Notes: generated from the letters alone by a model not told the origin. A DNA stretch of 64,000 nt from an uncultured Thermococci archaeon (GCA_964595645.1 CAZQQT010000003.1:64001-128000); one strand, 5' to 3'; shown: positions 20,526-36,915, numbered from the stretch's first letter. A program made the numbers and translations.

Positions 20526-20636
20526 ACTATCCTCATTTACATCAAAATATAAAAAGGTTTCTATAAGCTTCAATATATATTGAAGTTAAAAGTACCAATA
20601 CATTTGGGCAAAGAAGAGAAAAAATAAATAAAAGGG

Positions 20637-22829
20637 TTAACTAAAATCTGACGGTTTTGGTGGTTCCGGTTTCAGGCCTTTCCTCTCTCGCACCTGACGC
20701 ACTACTTCGGCCTGAAGGTTCTTTGGCATCTTCTCGAATCCGAGCTGTTCAGTTGTCCAGAGAGCTCTCCCCTCCGTTGCCGAACGTATATCGCTTGAGA
20801 ATCCAAACATTTCTGCCACAGGAGTTTTTGCAATTACTGTTGTAAGCTCTTCCTTCTGTTCCATGTCCAGAATCTGTCCTCTTTTCTGCTGGAGGAGTCG
20901 GGTGACAGTACCCATGTACGTATCCGGTACGGTCACAAAGACCTTCTGTACCGGTTCATAAAGCGAAACATCTGCCAGAAGCATTGCTGTGTACAACGCG
21001 CTTCTCACTGCAGGAATCACCTGTGCAGGTCCTCGATGGATTGCATCTTCATGGAGTTTGGTGTCTTGGAGTTTTACCTTCAACTTGATGGCGGGCTCGT
21101 TTGCCAGAACGCTATGATCCATTACATTGTGGAATGCTTCAAGAACGAGGTCTCTTACCTCACCCATATGCACGATACCCCGGGTCATATTCAAATAAAT
21201 GTTCCCCTGATACACATCTTCAACGTTTTTCGCTTCGTTTTTATCCATCCCCAGCTCTCTCAGTTTTTGTGCAATATCTTTCCCCTTTACTTTTCCTTCA
21301 GGGATCTCTTCGTTCTTTATCGCGTTATAAATCTCATCTTCCAGAGTTTCTACGGTAACATAAAACCTGTTGTGTTTGTTAGGCGACTTTCCTTCGATTT
21401 CCGGAGATCCTTTCTCTACACCCTCCCGATACACAACAATGGGCTCTGATGTTCTTATTAGAACTCCTTTTTTATGGACGATTCTGTGGGCTACTACCTC
21501 TAAATGTAGCTCACCCATTCCAGCGAGTAGATATTCTCCTGTTTCTTCATCTATCGTTGCTTTCAACGTGGGGTCTTCCTTCGCAACCTGCTTCATGACT
21601 TCAATGAGTTTGGGAAGATCCTGCGCATTTTCAGGCTCTATCGCTTGTGTCACCACAGGTTCGGAGTAATGTTTTATTGCTTCAAAGGGATGTATCGGTT
21701 CTTTGGTATCACAGATTGTTTCTCCAGCGATTGCCTCTTTTAATCCTGTAATCGCAACCATATTGCCAGCTGGAACTTCCTCTACGTTTTTTCTGTCTGC
21801 CCCCATGAAAATTCCTACTTGTTGAGCTCTTCTTTTCGTCTTTGCTCCTACTATCCATACCTCATCCCCAGGCTTTATTTTTCCGGAGAATATTCGTCCA
21901 GTGGCAACATCGCCGGCGTGTGGATCTGCAATGATCTTTGTCACTACCATTGCCAGTGGGCCGTCGTCGTCACATTCCACCATCGCTTTTCCAACCTTCG
22001 ACTCAATATCTCCCTTCCATATCCTGGGGAGTCTGTACTCCTGAGCAACCAATGGTGAGGGGAGATGTTTTATCACTGTATCAAGCACTATCTGATGTAT
22101 CGGTGCCTTTTTCGCAAGTTCCTTTTCTTTTTCTTCTTTGGTGTAGTTAATGATATCAGCAAAACTCACACCTGTTTCTTTCATTCTAGGGACAGAAATC
22201 GCCCAGTTATAGTACGCGGAACCAAAAGCAACGCTCCCATCATTGACACTGACTTGCCAGTTCTCTTTTCTTCCTTTAGGCGCTGCCTGCTTTATTAACT
22301 TATTTACCTCCCTGATAATTTTTGCAAATCTTTTTTGCATTTCATCAGGAGTCAACTGAAGCTCGTTTATAAGTCTATCAACTTTGTTGATAAAGAGGAC
22401 TGGTTTTACACCTTCCTTTAATGCCTGTCTCACGACAGTCTCTGTCTGCGGCATTTTTCCTTCCACAGCACAGACAACGATGATACATCCATCAATAGCC
22501 CTCATTGCCCGGGTCACGTCCCCTCCAAAATCCACATGCCCCGGCGTGTCTATCAGGTTAATAAGGTAGTCTTTCTCATCGTACTTGTGTGCAAGCGATA
22601 TGTTTGCAGCATCAATGGTAATACCTCTGTCCTGCTCCTGTTCATCGAAATCAAGCGCTAACTGTTTTCCTGCAAGCTCCTCGGACATTAATCCTGCCCC
22701 TGCGAGCAAGTTATCCGAAAGGGTGGTCTTCCCATGATCTATATGAGCTGCAATACCTATATTTCTAATATATTCTGGATTGTACATTAATTTATTGGCT
22801 AATTTGGCCATTTGTTCTTTTCTTCCCAT
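20637..22829 (-). CDS. fusA: archaeal elongation factor EF-2
   Basis: [20 protein letters not shown], diphthamide loop HEDAIHRG; SD AGGTGA before ATG 22829. Confidence 0.98.
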   Translation of the reverse strand: MGRKEQMAKLANKLMYNPEYIRNIGIAAHIDHGKTTLSDNLLAGAGLMSEELAGKQLALDFDEQEQDRGITIDAANISLAHKYDEKDYLINLIDTPGHVDFGGDVTRAMRAIDGCIIVVCAVEGKMPQTETVVRQALKEGVKPVLFINKVDRLINELQLTPDEMQKRFAKIIREVNKLIKQAAPKGRKENWQVSVNDGSVAFGSAYYNWAISVPRMKETGVSFADIINYTKEEKEKELAKKAPIHQIVLDTVIKHLPSPLVAQEYRLPRIWKGDIESKVGKAMVECDDDGPLAMVVTKIIADPHAGDVATGRIFSGKIKPGDEVWIVGAKTKRRAQQVGIFMGADRKNVEEVPAGNMVAITGLKEAIAGETICDTKEPIHPFEAIKHYSEPVVTQAIEPENAQDLPKLIEVMKQVAKEDPTLKATIDEETGEYLLAGMGELHLEVVAHRIVHKKGVLIRTSEPIVVYREGVEKGSPEIEGKSPNKHNRFYVTVETLEDEIYNAIKNEEIPEGKVKGKDIAQKLRELGMDKNEAKNVEDVYQGNIYLNMTRGIVHMGEVRDLVLEAFHNVMDHSVLANEPAIKLKVKLQDTKLHEDAIHRGPAQVIPAVRSALYTAMLLADVSLYEPVQKVFVTVPDTYMGTVTRLLQQKRGQILDMEQKEELTTVIAKTPVAEMFGFSSDIRSATEGRALWTTEQLGFEKMPKNLQAEVVRQVRERKGLKPEPPKPSDFS

Positions 22830-22834
22830 GTAAC

Positions 22835-23452
22835 TCACCTTGCTGACTTTGCAATTCTTTCTACATCCTCTCTTTTATTCACAGCAGTGCTCTTCATGTC
22901 GTGGTTTGAGGCAAGGATGATCTCCTCTGCAAGTGCTTCTGCAAACGATTGTTTGGAGTCAAACGCCTTTAAACTTGCTCCAAGAGCTATGTACTTAAGT
23001 GCAAAATCCAATCTTCTCTGCGGTGCTGTATCTACAGCCACATGATAACTCACACCACCATAGGATATCGTCGTCGTTTCTTCCATTGGCGCAGCGTTTT
23101 CGAGTGCTCTTACTAGTATCTCGAGAGGTTTTTTCTCTGTTCTCTTATGTATAACGTCAAATGCTTCTTTTAGTGTCTTATACACTTTTGTTTTTTTACC
23201 AGAATTGCCTCCCTGTCTTCGTAGGATTCTCCCCCCAACTTTCTTTTTTGCTGTTCCTGTTCTCATTAATTTATTCATGAGCCTCTCTACAATATTAATA
23301 TTCGCTTTTCCAAATCTTTTTTGTTGATATCTACCGCTTGAATGCGGAATGTAAATAGGATCTAAATTAATATACTTTTTAAGTCCGTGATCTTTTATTT
23401 CTACGTCATATTCCCATTTATTAAAAAGTTTCTCGTTCAACTTTTTTTCCAT
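22835..23452 (-). CDS. rps7: 30S ribosomal protein S7
   Basis: [28 protein letters not shown]; operon position. Confidence 0.97.
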   Translation of the reverse strand: MEKKLNEKLFNKWEYDVEIKDHGLKKYINLDPIYIPHSSGRYQQKRFGKANINIVERLMNKLMRTGTAKKKVGGRILRRQGGNSGKKTKVYKTLKEAFDVIHKRTEKKPLEILVRALENAAPMEETTTISYGGVSYHVAVDTAPQRRLDFALKYIALGASLKAFDSKQSFAEALAEEIILASNHDMKSTAVNKREDVERIAKSAR

Positions 23453-23456
23453 CGAA

Positions 23457-23894
23457 TCACCGTATCGGTTTCTCCTTCTTTCCGGCGACCATCTCGCTCA
23501 ATGCCACTCGATTGACCTTGATGACTTTAAACCTGACACCCGGAATGTCTCCCATCGATCGTCCTTTTCTTCCGCCTATGCCCTCAATGACAACCTCATC
23601 ATGTTCGTCTATGAAATTTATTGCTCCATCACCTGGACAGAAGGCTGTCACCTGTCGTCCGTTTTTTATCAACTGAACTCTCACACATTTACGGATAGCA
23701 GAGTTGGGTTGCTTCGCTTCGACGGGCACTTTTTCGAGAACAATTCCACGCGCCTGAGGCGCCTTTTCTAGTGGATCGGTTTTTTTTTCCAGTCCTAAAG
23801 CTCTTCTTTTAAAATCTATATCTTGCCATCTAAGTTTCTTTCTCTTCTTTTTGAGGGTTCTACCTGCGAATTCTCCTCGTGCGCCTTTACTCAT
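23457..23894 (-). CDS. rps12: 30S ribosomal protein S12
   Basis: [22 protein letters not shown]. Confidence 0.98.
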   Translation of the reverse strand: MSKGARGEFAGRTLKKKRKKLRWQDIDFKRRALGLEKKTDPLEKAPQARGIVLEKVPVEAKQPNSAIRKCVRVQLIKNGRQVTAFCPGDGAINFIDEHDEVVIEGIGGRKGRSMGDIPGVRFKVIKVNRVALSEMVAGKKEKPIR

Positions 23895-23905
23895 GATTAT
23901 TCACC

Positions 23906-24328
23906 TCATTTTATTTGAACATCTGTTATATCATAATGTCTGTTGAGTAACGATCTTATTCTTTTTATATTTTTGCCAGACTTTCCTATTACAAGGCCTT
24001 TTTTTTCTCGTGGTACTTCTATTGTTGCTACCCTTTTATTGTTTTTCTTAGAAATAACGAATGAATTCAACGTTATAGGTCTCAACATATTCTTTATAAA
24101 CTCTTCGGGATCATCGGTGTATCCCACAACCTCTATATCTTTCCCTGACATCTTGGACATTCTTTTTATATTGGATCCTTTTCTACCTATGGCCAGTCCA
24201 ACATCTTTTTCTTCTACAACAAACGTGAGTTTGTCGTCCCCCTTAAGACAATCAATCACATTTGCCCCAGTTATGTTTTCAAAGATGTTTATGCACTTTA
24301 TCTCTTCCGTTCCGAGTTTTAATCCCAT
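23906..24328 (-). CDS. nusA: archaeal NusA (KH domains)
   Basis: Two GxxG KH motifs (IGRKG, IGKSG); operon position. Confidence 0.95.
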   Translation of the reverse strand: MGLKLGTEEIKCINIFENITGANVIDCLKGDDKLTFVVEEKDVGLAIGRKGSNIKRMSKMSGKDIEVVGYTDDPEEFIKNMLRPITLNSFVISKKNNKRVATIEVPREKKGLVIGKSGKNIKRIRSLLNRHYDITDVQIK

Positions 24329-24336
24329 TATTACAC

Positions 24337-24636
24337 CTAAATGGAGTCGACTGAGAGTATATTTGACTCTCCTTGGTCTATTACAGCGATAGTTGAGATC
24401 ACATATGGTTTCCCTACTGCAGTTCCCAGCTCTATCGACGAGCCTTTGAACATGAAATACGGAGTTTCCAAAAGATCACAGTAATACTTTATGTCTTCGA
24501 TAGTCCCTTTTTGGATGTTTTCTGCGTATATAATAAGTTTTACCTTTTCGTTTTTTAAAGCTTTTAAAGACTCTTCCGTTCCTATCAGGACCTTTCCTGT
24601 CTGTGCTGTTTTTCTTATTTCCTGTGCTACATCCAT
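24337..24636 (-). CDS. rpl30e: 50S ribosomal protein L30e
   Basis: TGKV.IG, ELGTAVGKP, GESNIL. Confidence 0.96.
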   Translation of the reverse strand: MDVAQEIRKTAQTGKVLIGTEESLKALKNEKVKLIIYAENIQKGTIEDIKYYCDLLETPYFMFKGSSIELGTAVGKPYVISTIAVIDQGESNILSVDSI

Positions 24637-24638
24637 AT

Positions 24639-28453
<3,815 letters not shown>

Positions 28454-28457
28454 GATA

Positions 28458-31400
28458 TTACACCTTCTCCTTTAAAATAAAGCGGGGATCCAGACCCATA
28501 GCCTCCATCTCCTTGATTAATAGTACAAAAGCATAGGAAAGTTTCACTTTATAAATTGCTGTGTTATCTTCACAGAGTGGGCAGTACCTTTTGTTCTTTA
28601 TCGCATCGTATACAGCGACGCTTCCACAGTTCTCACAGACGAGAATAGACGTCTTGTCAGATGCATCGAGAAGTCGCTCTTGGAGTAGCATCGACGCGCC
28701 ATGACCCACGAGACAGTCTCTTTCCATTTCTCCAAATCGTAGACCTCCTTCTCGTGCCTTTCCTTCTGTTGGCTGTCGTGTGAGCATCTGTCTCGGTCCC
28801 CGTGGACGGGAGTGGAGTTTATCTCCAACCATATGGTGGAGTTTCTGATAGTATGCAGGACTTATAAATATGCCTGCCTCGATTATTTCACCTGTATAAC
28901 CGTTATATAATATTTCTTTTCCAGTATTCTTAAATCCAAGCTCTTTCAGGGATTTTCTTAGGATTTCTTCTTTTTCACTATCGAATGCTGTACCATCCAC
29001 TTTTCTACCTTTCATCGCTCCCACTTTGGATCCTATCATCTCGAGAATCTGTCCTATTGTTTTTCGCGAGGGAATTGCGTGTGGATTTATAATGAGATCA
29101 GGGACAATTCCCTGCTCTGTGAAGGGCATATCTTCCTGGGGGAGGATGAATCCAATAACACCCTTCTGACCATGTCGTGAGGAGAATTTGTCTCCAAGTT
29201 CTGGGATTCTCTCCGTTCTCACCCTCACTTTAGCAAGTTTATTCCCATCTTCGTTATCTGTGAGCAGGGCAAAGTCTACAGTTCCTGATTCATTGGGTCG
29301 TAGGTCCTCTGAGGACTCTATTCTCCCGGCCATCTCTGTACCGAACTCATCCAGTTCTTTCAGGAATCGTGGAGGGCTTGTTCTTCCGACGAGAACATCT
29401 CCTCCTCCTACATCTGACTCTAGCCTCACTATGCCATCTTCATCGAGACTTCTGTAGGGTTCTGGACCTCTGTACCCCTTTGTTGTTTCTGCCGGAACTT
29501 CAAAGGCATCTACCTGACCCCCGGGATACCTTCGTTCTTCGCAAGTATATGTCCTGAAAAACGTGGATCGTGCAAGTCCCCGCTCGACGGATCCCTTGTT
29601 GATGATAAGGGCATCCTCAATGTTATACCCTGTGTAGGAGAGCACAGCCACTATGAAATTTTCCCCTGCAGGCCGTTTATCATAGTTTATCGCATCCGAA
29701 ACCTTTGTTTTTACAATTGGTTTCTGCGGGTAGTGCAGAAGATGTCCTCTGGTGTCAACTCGCCAATTATAATTTGAAAGGCCAAATCCTAAGCTCTGTT
29801 TAAACATACCTGCAGCTGTGGAATTTCGAGGTGCAGCGTTATGCTCAGGGAAGGGCACCATACCTGCGCAGACTCCTAGGATGGTAGGAGGGTATACTTC
29901 CATGTGTGTATGATCTGAATTGACTTCCTTCCTATTGATAGCGATGTAAGCATTCTCTTCCTCCTCGGAGTCTATATACTCGATAATTCCTCGTTCTACG
30001 AGATCGCTCCAGGAGAGCTCTCGATCTTTTATTTTATCGATATGATTTTTTGTGAGCTTTGGTTTTCCATCGTCCACTACAACCAATGGCCTTCGAGCTC
30101 TTGCACCATCACAGTTTATTTGGACTTCATTTATGTTATCATAGTACACAACATTAATATTATGAGAAATTTTTCCTTTCCTTCTATCTTTTCTAATATT
30201 TTCTGCCAAAGTCTCTCCATTCTCTGCTGTGCCCACGAGATTACCGTTTAAATAGACATATGCATTGACCTCTGGGCCTTCTGCTTTCTCTATTTTTCGG
30301 ATTTTAAGATTTTTATAGAGGTACTCCTTTACCTCTTCTTCATCAACACCGATAGAAACGGATGCCATTAATGCCATATTTTTTACGAGGCCACAGTTCG
30401 GACCATCCGGTGTTTCGTTTGGGCATATTCTGCCCCAGTGTGTGGCATGTAGGTCTCTCGCTTCGAAATGAGACTGACTTCGGCTGAGTGGGGACACAAC
30501 TCTTCTCAAATGAGAAAGAACAGCTACATAATTTACAGCGTCCATCAGCTGACTTACGCCCGTCCTTCCACCGGGCCACGCACCTGTAGCCATGGCGTGT
30601 CTAATTCGTTCTGTGAGCACATCTGCCCGCACGGATTTTCTCACGAACTCTTCCTCTTTCCCTTTTTCATACCTGCCTCGGGAGTGCGTTCGTTCAAGCT
30701 GATACTTTATGTCTCTATTCAGTTGTTTAAAGGATAATCTAAAAAGATCTTTTAACAGCTCTCCTGCAAGTTTCCATCTTTTATTCGCGTAATGATCTTT
30801 ATCGTCCACATCTCTAATACCTAGAGACAATTCTATAGATCTAGAGGCCATTATTCCTAAATAATACGCTTTTCTTATTCTATCTTCAGGTTCTACGCCG
30901 ATATGGGGAAGCAAGTATCTATCCACGGTGTTTTTTGCTCTTTTCAGTCTGTATTCCTTTATTTGTCCGACAGCAACCTTCTTTCCAATAACATCCAGTG
31001 CTCCTTCTTGATCGATGATATCCATTCCTTCCTCCAGGTTATCGAGTAGCTCCTTCTGTATTGTTTCATTTCCAGACACAGCGTTGACAATATTCATGTC
31101 CTTTTCCAATCCTAATGCTTTCATAAGAGTCACAAAGGGTACAGCACCCGGAACGCCCGGAAATGAAACTCGAAGTAATCCATCCCGTTTCCTTTCGACA
31201 CTTATCAGGGACCTAAAGCCATGTCGTGTGGAGAAAACCTTTGCAATACAACTTCTTTTCCTTGTATCTTCTTCCACAAGTATCCTATTTGGAGCGAGAT
31301 CCTCTATGGCGACGATCACTCTTTCGGACCCGTTAATAATGAAGTATCCTCCTGGATCGATTGGATCTTCCTTTTGATGGATGAGTTCTTCTCTGTCCAT

Positions 31401-31775
31401 TCTGCCCAGTCGACATATTTTCGATTTGATCATGATTGGGAGCTCACCTATTGTTACTTCTACGGGTCCAAACTTTTCTTCATTGAGTACAGGGTACATC
31501 TCCAAGAACAGAGGTGCTGCATAGGTCATATCTCGCAGTCTTGCTTCCATTGGATGCATGATCCTTCTGGATCCATCTGCCTCCTTCGTCCTCGGCTGTC
31601 CAATCCGTATCTTGCCAAATTCTACATGAAACTCTTCTATATCTGTTTCGATTTCTCCTATTTCGTTCACAACTTCTTGGAGGCCTCTTTCAATGAGATC
31701 ATTATACGAATCAAGATTTTGTTTAACAAATCCTTCTTCTTCGAAAAAAGATTTAATAATAGGCCATCTATCCAT
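28458..31775 (-). CDS. rpoB: RNA polymerase subunit B (unsplit Rpo2)
   Basis: [32 protein letters not shown]; single 1105-aa ORF. Confidence 0.98.
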   Translation of the reverse strand: MDRWPIIKSFFEEEGFVKQNLDSYNDLIERGLQEVVNEIGEIETDIEEFHVEFGKIRIGQPRTKEADGSRRIMHPMEARLRDMTYAAPLFLEMYPVLNEEKFGPVEVTIGELPIMIKSKICRLGRMDREELIHQKEDPIDPGGYFIINGSERVIVAIEDLAPNRILVEEDTRKRSCIAKVFSTRHGFRSLISVERKRDGLLRVSFPGVPGAVPFVTLMKALGLEKDMNIVNAVSGNETIQKELLDNLEEGMDIIDQEGALDVIGKKVAVGQIKEYRLKRAKNTVDRYLLPHIGVEPEDRIRKAYYLGIMASRSIELSLGIRDVDDKDHYANKRWKLAGELLKDLFRLSFKQLNRDIKYQLERTHSRGRYEKGKEEEFVRKSVRADVLTERIRHAMATGAWPGGRTGVSQLMDAVNYVAVLSHLRRVVSPLSRSQSHFEARDLHATHWGRICPNETPDGPNCGLVKNMALMASVSIGVDEEEVKEYLYKNLKIRKIEKAEGPEVNAYVYLNGNLVGTAENGETLAENIRKDRRKGKISHNINVVYYDNINEVQINCDGARARRPLVVVDDGKPKLTKNHIDKIKDRELSWSDLVERGIIEYIDSEEEENAYIAINRKEVNSDHTHMEVYPPTILGVCAGMVPFPEHNAAPRNSTAAGMFKQSLGFGLSNYNWRVDTRGHLLHYPQKPIVKTKVSDAINYDKRPAGENFIVAVLSYTGYNIEDALIINKGSVERGLARSTFFRTYTCEERRYPGGQVDAFEVPAETTKGYRGPEPYRSLDEDGIVRLESDVGGGDVLVGRTSPPRFLKELDEFGTEMAGRIESSEDLRPNESGTVDFALLTDNEDGNKLAKVRVRTERIPELGDKFSSRHGQKGVIGFILPQEDMPFTEQGIVPDLIINPHAIPSRKTIGQILEMIGSKVGAMKGRKVDGTAFDSEKEEILRKSLKELGFKNTGKEILYNGYTGEIIEAGIFISPAYYQKLHHMVGDKLHSRPRGPRQMLTRQPTEGKAREGGLRFGEMERDCLVGHGASMLLQERLLDASDKTSILVCENCGSVAVYDAIKNKRYCPLCEDNTAIYKVKLSYAFVLLIKEMEAMGLDPRFILKEKV

Positions 31776-31776
31776 T

Positions 31777-32019
31777 TTACCACCCTTTAACCACCAATCG
31801 GTAATATGTAGTTTCCCCTGCTAGTGTCTCCTTTCTTATTATCTTTAACACTTGCCCCGGTTTAGCACCTATCGACTTTGCTACCGGATCATCTGCTCTG
31901 ATCAAGGGTAACTCTCCTTTTTTAATATCATATTTCTTTAAAACTTCTTCTACCTCTTCTTCATCCAATACAATGTGTTCAGGCACCATTTCGTGTTTTA
32001 AAATATTTTTCTTACTCAT
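31777..32019 (-). CDS. rpoH: RNA polymerase subunit H (Rpo5)
   Basis: HEMVPEH, LP.I..DDP, YYRLV. Confidence 0.97.
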   Translation of the reverse strand: MSKKNILKHEMVPEHIVLDEEEVEEVLKKYDIKKGELPLIRADDPVAKSIGAKPGQVLKIIRKETLAGETTYYRLVVKGW

Positions 32020-32112
32020 ATTAGTTTCTCCTGCAGGTCGAGTATGATCAAGGGATGTGTGAACCTGAATGATGTGAGGTTCTCTCCCTATGAGTTCATG
32101 ACGGGGATGGAA

Positions 32113-32187
32113 CGGGCCCGACGGGATTTGAACCCGCGACGCCCGGCTTAAAAGGCCGGTGCTCTCACCAGTCTGAGCTACGGGCCC
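32113..32187 (-). tRNA. tRNA-Lys(UUU)
   Basis: GGGCCCG acceptor, CCGGC-CT-TTT-AA-GCCGG anticodon arm, TTCAAATC T-loop; CCA not encoded. Confidence 0.97.
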
Positions 32188-32193
32188 CTAAAA

Positions 32194-32269
32194 CGCCCGG
32201 GCCGGGATTCGAACCCGAGTCACGGGAGTGACAGTCCCGTATGATACGACCGGACTACACCACCCGGGC
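32194..32269 (-). tRNA. tRNA-Asp(GUC)
   Basis: GCCCGGG acceptor, CGGGA-CT-GTC-AC-TCCCG anticodon arm, TTCGAATC T-loop. Confidence 0.97.
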
Positions 32270-32337
32270 ATTATTAAGGCTATTTAATGAGTATATGGGT
32301 TTTCCCCTAATTTATTCTATTTTTTTATTTTATGAAG

Positions 32338-32454
32338 AGCCGGCAGCGAATTGAAATTCCCGCCATAAGGCAGTACCACTCAAAACGTGGGAAGGCTTAA
32401 CTTCCGTGTTCGACATGGGTACGGGTGTATCCCTTCCACTGTGGCCGCCGTACA
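32338..32454 (-). rRNA. rrf: 5S rRNA (ends approximate)
   Basis: GTACGGCGGCCACAG...ACACCCGTACCCATGTCGAACACGGAAGTTAAGC...GCTGCCG; helix I pairing. Confidence 0.93.
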
Positions 32455-32474
32455 GAACGTGGTGAGATAGTGGG

Positions 32475-32488
32475 ATATAAAAAGCTTT
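32475..32488 (-). promoter_or_regulatory. BRE/TATA promoter of 5S-tRNA unit
   Basis: Minus strand AAAGC-TTTTTATAT about 25 nt upstream of the 5S 5' end. Confidence 0.7.
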
Positions 32489-32521
32489 CGGTGATTTTCA
32501 AATAAAGAAGCATTATTCGCC

Positions 32522-33475
32522 CTACGTTTCCCAAAAATCTTTTTTGGTCAGATGACCTCCGTACTCTGATTTCAAAATCGTGATAGCAGCCTGAGGAGAG
32601 ATGATACCTTTTTCTGTGATGATAAGATCGATAAGTTCAGGTGGTGTTACATCGAAGGCAGGATTTCTCACCCTTATATTTCCTATTTCTTCTTTTTTTT
32701 CCTCAGAAATTACTTCTCTCCAATTTCTCTCCTCTATTTCAATAAGTTTTCCTGCAAGAGTTTCTGGATGGAATTTATACGTTTCTGCAGCCACAATTAA
32801 ATCTACTCTAGCTTCTTCAGCTAAAACAGCTAATGCTGATGTTCCTATCTTGTTTACAACAGCTCCATTTGCAGCAACAGCATCTGCACCAATGATGGCA
32901 AGGTCCATATCGGCCATGAAGTATCGGGCAGCGCTGTCCACTATCAAACTTGTAGGTATTCCTTCATTACAGAGTGTTTTGGCTGTGAGATGTCCCTGGT
33001 ATCTCGGTCTCGTTTCTCTCACAAAGACTTCAAACTCCTTTCCTCTTTTAAAGGCTGTTGTGATTACAGAGATGGCACAACTACTGTTGCAATGGGTGAT
33101 TATTTTATCTCCCTCCTGAATCCTGTTCGCCCCTATCTTTCCTATTTCTCTTACCGCAGAGATAGAAAGCTCGATGAACTCTTGAGATCTCCGTATTATT
33201 GTGGATTGCAATGAGTCCAGATCTGTGGAAAAATCTATGTCTTTAACCACATACCTGAGAGAGTTAGCGAGAGACACAGCTGTTGGTCGAGTACTTACCA
33301 AAAACTTCGCATTATCTTTTAGTTCCTTTATAAACTCCTCCTTTGTCCCTGAAAACTTTTCACAGAACCGTTTTATTGCTTCTGCTGTTTTTCTTCCAAT
33401 CTTTGCAGCACCTCTAATCTCCATATTTTTTATTTTTTTACCGGTCTCAACAATATACTCATCCATGGGATCCAC
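32522..33475 (-). CDS. ribose-1,5-bisphosphate isomerase (eIF-2B-like family)
   Basis: MEIRGA, RPTAVSL.N, THCNS, ETRP, GADAV..NG..VNKIGT, NPAFDVTP. Confidence 0.92.
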   Translation of the reverse strand: MDPMDEYIVETGKKIKNMEIRGAAKIGRKTAEAIKRFCEKFSGTKEEFIKELKDNAKFLVSTRPTAVSLANSLRYVVKDIDFSTDLDSLQSTIIRRSQEFIELSISAVREIGKIGANRIQEGDKIITHCNSSCAISVITTAFKRGKEFEVFVRETRPRYQGHLTAKTLCNEGIPTSLIVDSAARYFMADMDLAIIGADAVAANGAVVNKIGTSALAVLAEEARVDLIVAAETYKFHPETLAGKLIEIEERNWREVISEEKKEEIGNIRVRNPAFDVTPPELIDLIITEKGIISPQAAITILKSEYGGHLTKKDFWET

Positions 33476-34124
33476 CCTTTCTTCTCTTTTTGCATTTATC
33501 TACTGCTGAGATGGCATATTGGATAGAAGGCTTAAGTTTCTGTGTTTTTGCGTACTGTGTTAAAAATCCTGCAATAAACGCGGCTCTATTTTCTTTCGTT
33601 ATCGTTACATCGAAGTTACCTTTCTCGAATGTTATTTTATCCCCCAAAATGATTCTTTTTCCCGGCCCTTCCTCCTCAGAAAAGATTATATCCGCTTTCA
33701 CATCTAATGTAGATGTTAAAAAGGGTTTTTTGTCCATGTTTACAAGTTTTTCTGCAAGCTCACGATCATCGGATATATGAATTATTTTCGTTTTTTTTAG
33801 AACGGCAGAGTCAAGTTCTAGAAGTTCATTTGCACCTTCAAAGATATACTCCTTATTAAGATGTATAATTCTTCCTGTTCTCTTTTTTGAAAGTATAAGA
33901 TCAGAGTAGTCCACTTTATAGGTTTCGAGAAGATCAGTAATTCCATACGAATCTTTTCCTACAGAGGCCATAATTCCCGTCTTTGCACCCAAAAAACTAC
34001 CATTTATTGCGGTATGCAAACACTCGCCCGTTATCCTCTCTTTTATTTTGTATATATGGTTATTTTTTACTTTATAAATCGTTTCTATATATATTTTCCC
34101 TACAGTAAGAAAATCAAGGACCAT
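33459..34124 (-). CDS. PfkB/ribokinase-fold protein with degenerate active site
   Basis: N-terminal PfkB pattern (LG..TG...SVG.D) and C-terminal AF.AGFL are present; GAGD is absent; only 221 aa. Confidence 0.65.
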   Translation of the reverse strand: MVLDFLTVGKIYIETIYKVKNNHIYKIKERITGECLHTAINGSFLGAKTGIMASVGKDSYGITDLLETYKVDYSDLILSKKRTGRIIHLNKEYIFEGANELLELDSAVLKKTKIIHISDDRELAEKLVNMDKKPFLTSTLDVKADIIFSEEEGPGKRIILGDKITFEKGNFDVTITKENRAAFIAGFLTQYAKTQKLKPSIQYAISAVDKCKKRRKGGSHG

Positions 34125-34148
34125 ATATATTGATATGGGAATTACTAT

Positions 34149-36788
34149 TTATATCTTTTCAGTTTGTTTTTTTACGAGATCATGATCTTTATAGAGGTAC
34201 TTAGCTATCTCAACTATCACGATAATGCCGATACTCGCGAGGAGAATCACGATCCAGCTCTGCAGTCCGAGAGAGGTAGTTCCTACATACTTTTGGAGGA
34301 AGGGGATATATATCACACATAACTGCATGGCAAATGACGTGAAAAACGCAGCGATGAGATACAGGTTGTTAAACAGCCCTAGTTTGAAGATAGAGTATCT
34401 CTCCGATTTACAGTTGAAGGAGTTGAAGATCTCTATCATGGTAAGGAGTGTGAAAGCCATTGTTTGAGCCTCAAGAAGACCGGCAGTCTGTTTTGTATAG
34501 TAAAATATAGGAAGTATTACTATCGTTTCATAGATTCCTACGCCTATGATAAGTGCGCTTATTCTACCTTTAAAGATGCTTTCACCCTTTTTTCTGGGGT
34601 TTCTTTGCATTATGTCCGGATCTTTTGGATCGACACTGAGTGCAATTGCAGGAAGCCCATCAGTAAGTAAATTTAAGAACAGGAGTTGGATAGCAATGAG
34701 GGGAAGACCAAGATCGAGGAACACCGCTAGTGTCATGATCAGGATCTCGCCAACATTTCCAGAAAGAAGATGTGCGAGATATTTCTTTATATTATCGTAG
34801 ATTCCTCGTCCCTCCTCTACAGCAGCCTCAATGGAAGCGAAGTTGTCATCGGTAAGAATCATGTCAGATGATTCCTTTGCTACATCTGTTCCTGTGATCC
34901 CCATAGCAATGCCGATGCTCGATTTCTTCAGCGCGGGTGCATCATTTACACCATCTCCCGTCATTGCCACAACTTCACCCTTCTTTTTAAGTGCGCTGAC
35001 AATCCTCATCTTATGTTCAGGAGAGACTCTGGCGTAGACCTTCACTCTTTCGACTATCTCTTCAAACTCTGCATCGCTCATTTCATTGAGTTCCTCCCCC
35101 ATGAGAATGAGGTCTCCTTCCTCGTAGATTCGTAACTCTTCTGCAATCGCTTTGGCTGTAAGTTTTTGATCCCCCGTGATCATCACTACCTTTATCCCTG
35201 ATTCTCCGCAGAGTTTTATAGCCCTCTCCGCCTCTTCTCTCGGCGGATCGAGCATCGCAGTAAGTGCAGTAAAAATGAGATTCTCTTCTTCGAGGGTGTC
35301 TCCTTCTTTGTATGCGAGGGCAAGTACACGGAGACCCTCAGAAGCAAACTTTTCGTTCATCTCTTGTATCTTCTTTTTGTCTTTGTTAGTTATCTCTCTT
35401 ACACCGTTTTTATCATGAATATACGAGCATTTTTCGAGAAGAATCTCTGGCGCTCCCTTTGCGTACACTTTATCATTCAGTACAGACATCATCTTTCTTT
35501 CGGAGGTAAAGCTCATCTCGTTCGTTCTTGGGAATTGTTCTTCCAATTTCGATTTTTCTAGTCCTATTTTCTTCGCGAGCACAAGAAGTGCACCTTCTGT
35601 CGGATCTCCGATAATTCCATAGCCTTTGTTGTGGGCAAGTTCAGCGTCATTACAGAGTACTGCTATTTTCCCCACAATACCTAGGGTATCAGAGTCAATT
35701 TTCTTCTTTTTCACATAGAAGTTCCCTTCCGAATCGTAGCCCACACCACTCACATCAATCACATCGTTGTGGAAGAAGAGTTTTTTGACCGTCATCTCGT
35801 TTTTGGTAAGTGTTCCAGTTTTATCAGTGCAGATGATTGTGGTGCATCCGAGCGTTTCTACTGCTGGTAATTTTCGTATGATTGCATTCCGTTTTACCAT
35901 TTTTTGTACGCCTAACGCGAGGGTAATGGTAACAACTGCCGGAAGTGCTTCAGGGACAGCAGCCACAGCGAGAGAGACTCCCCATATAAACATTTCCAGC
36001 GGCTCGTAGCCCCGTAGAATACCAATACCTGCAGCCACAAAACATATAATAAGCGCAGCGATTCCAAGAGTTTTTCCTAATCCTTCTAGATTCTTCTGGA
36101 GAGGAGTCATTTCCTTTTCCACGCCTTTAATCATCTTGGCTATCTTTCCAAATTCTGTCTCCATCCCCGTGCTGTACACGACACATTTCGCACGTCCAAA
36201 GGTTACTACGGTCCCGGAAAACACAATGTTAATTCTCTCAGCAAGAGGGAGATCCTTGGGAAGAGCTTCAGGAGATTTCGTAACAGGGACGGACTCACCT
36301 GTTAACGCGGCTTCGTCTACTCGAAGATTGTGACATGAAATGATTCTACAGTCTGCTGGGACTTTATCTCCCACATCCAAAAGAACGACGTCTCCAGGAA
36401 CAATTTCCGTTGTATCGATTGTTCTCTCGGTGCCATCTCTCACTACTCTGGCCTTGGGAGAGCTCATTTTCTTCAACGCTTCCAACGACTTTTCTGCCTT
36501 GTACTCTTGGACAAACCCCAAAATACCAGAGGCAACGAGTATAATTAATATAACAATAGCATCAGCAGTCTCACCAATAAAGAAGGAAACGATCACAGCA
36601 ATAATTAAGATGATCATGAGAAAATCCTTGAACTGACTCAGAAAGAGTGTCACTACTGAAATTCCTTTCTCTTCCTTCAGTTCATTCGGTCCATATTTCT
36701 CAAGCCGTTTTTCCACTTCTGCTTGTGTAAGTCCATGTTCTGTTGTTTCAAGTTCCTTCAGCACCTGAGATATACTCTTGGAATACAT
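34149..36788 (-). CDS. P-type ATPase, Ca2+-transporting (type IIA-like)
   Basis: [40 protein letters not shown]. Confidence 0.95.
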   Translation of the reverse strand: MYSKSISQVLKELETTEHGLTQAEVEKRLEKYGPNELKEEKGISVVTLFLSQFKDFLMIILIIAVIVSFFIGETADAIVILIILVASGILGFVQEYKAEKSLEALKKMSSPKARVVRDGTERTIDTTEIVPGDVVLLDVGDKVPADCRIISCHNLRVDEAALTGESVPVTKSPEALPKDLPLAERINIVFSGTVVTFGRAKCVVYSTGMETEFGKIAKMIKGVEKEMTPLQKNLEGLGKTLGIAALIICFVAAGIGILRGYEPLEMFIWGVSLAVAAVPEALPAVVTITLALGVQKMVKRNAIIRKLPAVETLGCTTIICTDKTGTLTKNEMTVKKLFFHNDVIDVSGVGYDSEGNFYVKKKKIDSDTLGIVGKIAVLCNDAELAHNKGYGIIGDPTEGALLVLAKKIGLEKSKLEEQFPRTNEMSFTSERKMMSVLNDKVYAKGAPEILLEKCSYIHDKNGVREITNKDKKKIQEMNEKFASEGLRVLALAYKEGDTLEEENLIFTALTAMLDPPREEAERAIKLCGESGIKVVMITGDQKLTAKAIAEELRIYEEGDLILMGEELNEMSDAEFEEIVERVKVYARVSPEHKMRIVSALKKKGEVVAMTGDGVNDAPALKKSSIGIAMGITGTDVAKESSDMILTDDNFASIEAAVEEGRGIYDNIKKYLAHLLSGNVGEILIMTLAVFLDLGLPLIAIQLLFLNLLTDGLPAIALSVDPKDPDIMQRNPRKKGESIFKGRISALIIGVGIYETIVILPIFYYTKQTAGLLEAQTMAFTLLTMIEIFNSFNCKSERYSIFKLGLFNNLYLIAAFFTSFAMQLCVIYIPFLQKYVGTTSLGLQSWIVILLASIGIIVIVEIAKYLYKDHDLVKKQTEKI

Positions 36789-36885
36789 GTGTACTCGTAC
36801 TGGTACATCTACGGAGATATATAAACCCTGTGGTCTCCTCAATATATATTAGTTTAAATTAATAAAGTTATATATCCATACGCTT

Positions 36886-36915
36886 TAAATTGTGCAATAA
36901 CTTTTTGTAGTCTCA
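36886..36915 (+). repeat. left 30-bp inverted repeat of xerA cassette
   Basis: TAAATTGTGCAATAACTTTTTGTAGTCTCA; 27/30 identical to the reverse complement of 38279-38308. Confidence 0.8.

Noticed and set aside
31702-31710. TTATACGAA half-site in rpoB (and TTCGTATA near 9947 in pepF) as partner lox sites
   Set aside because: No opposing arm at 6-bp spacing; inside coding sequence; I found no second full site in the window.
28458-31775. Unsplit Rpo2 as a novelty
   Set aside because: Normal in Thermococcales, Thermoplasmatales and TACK; only taxonomically informative.
32113-32454. 5S rRNA unlinked from 16S/23S and next to tRNAs
   Set aside because: Known arrangement in several euryarchaeal lineages.
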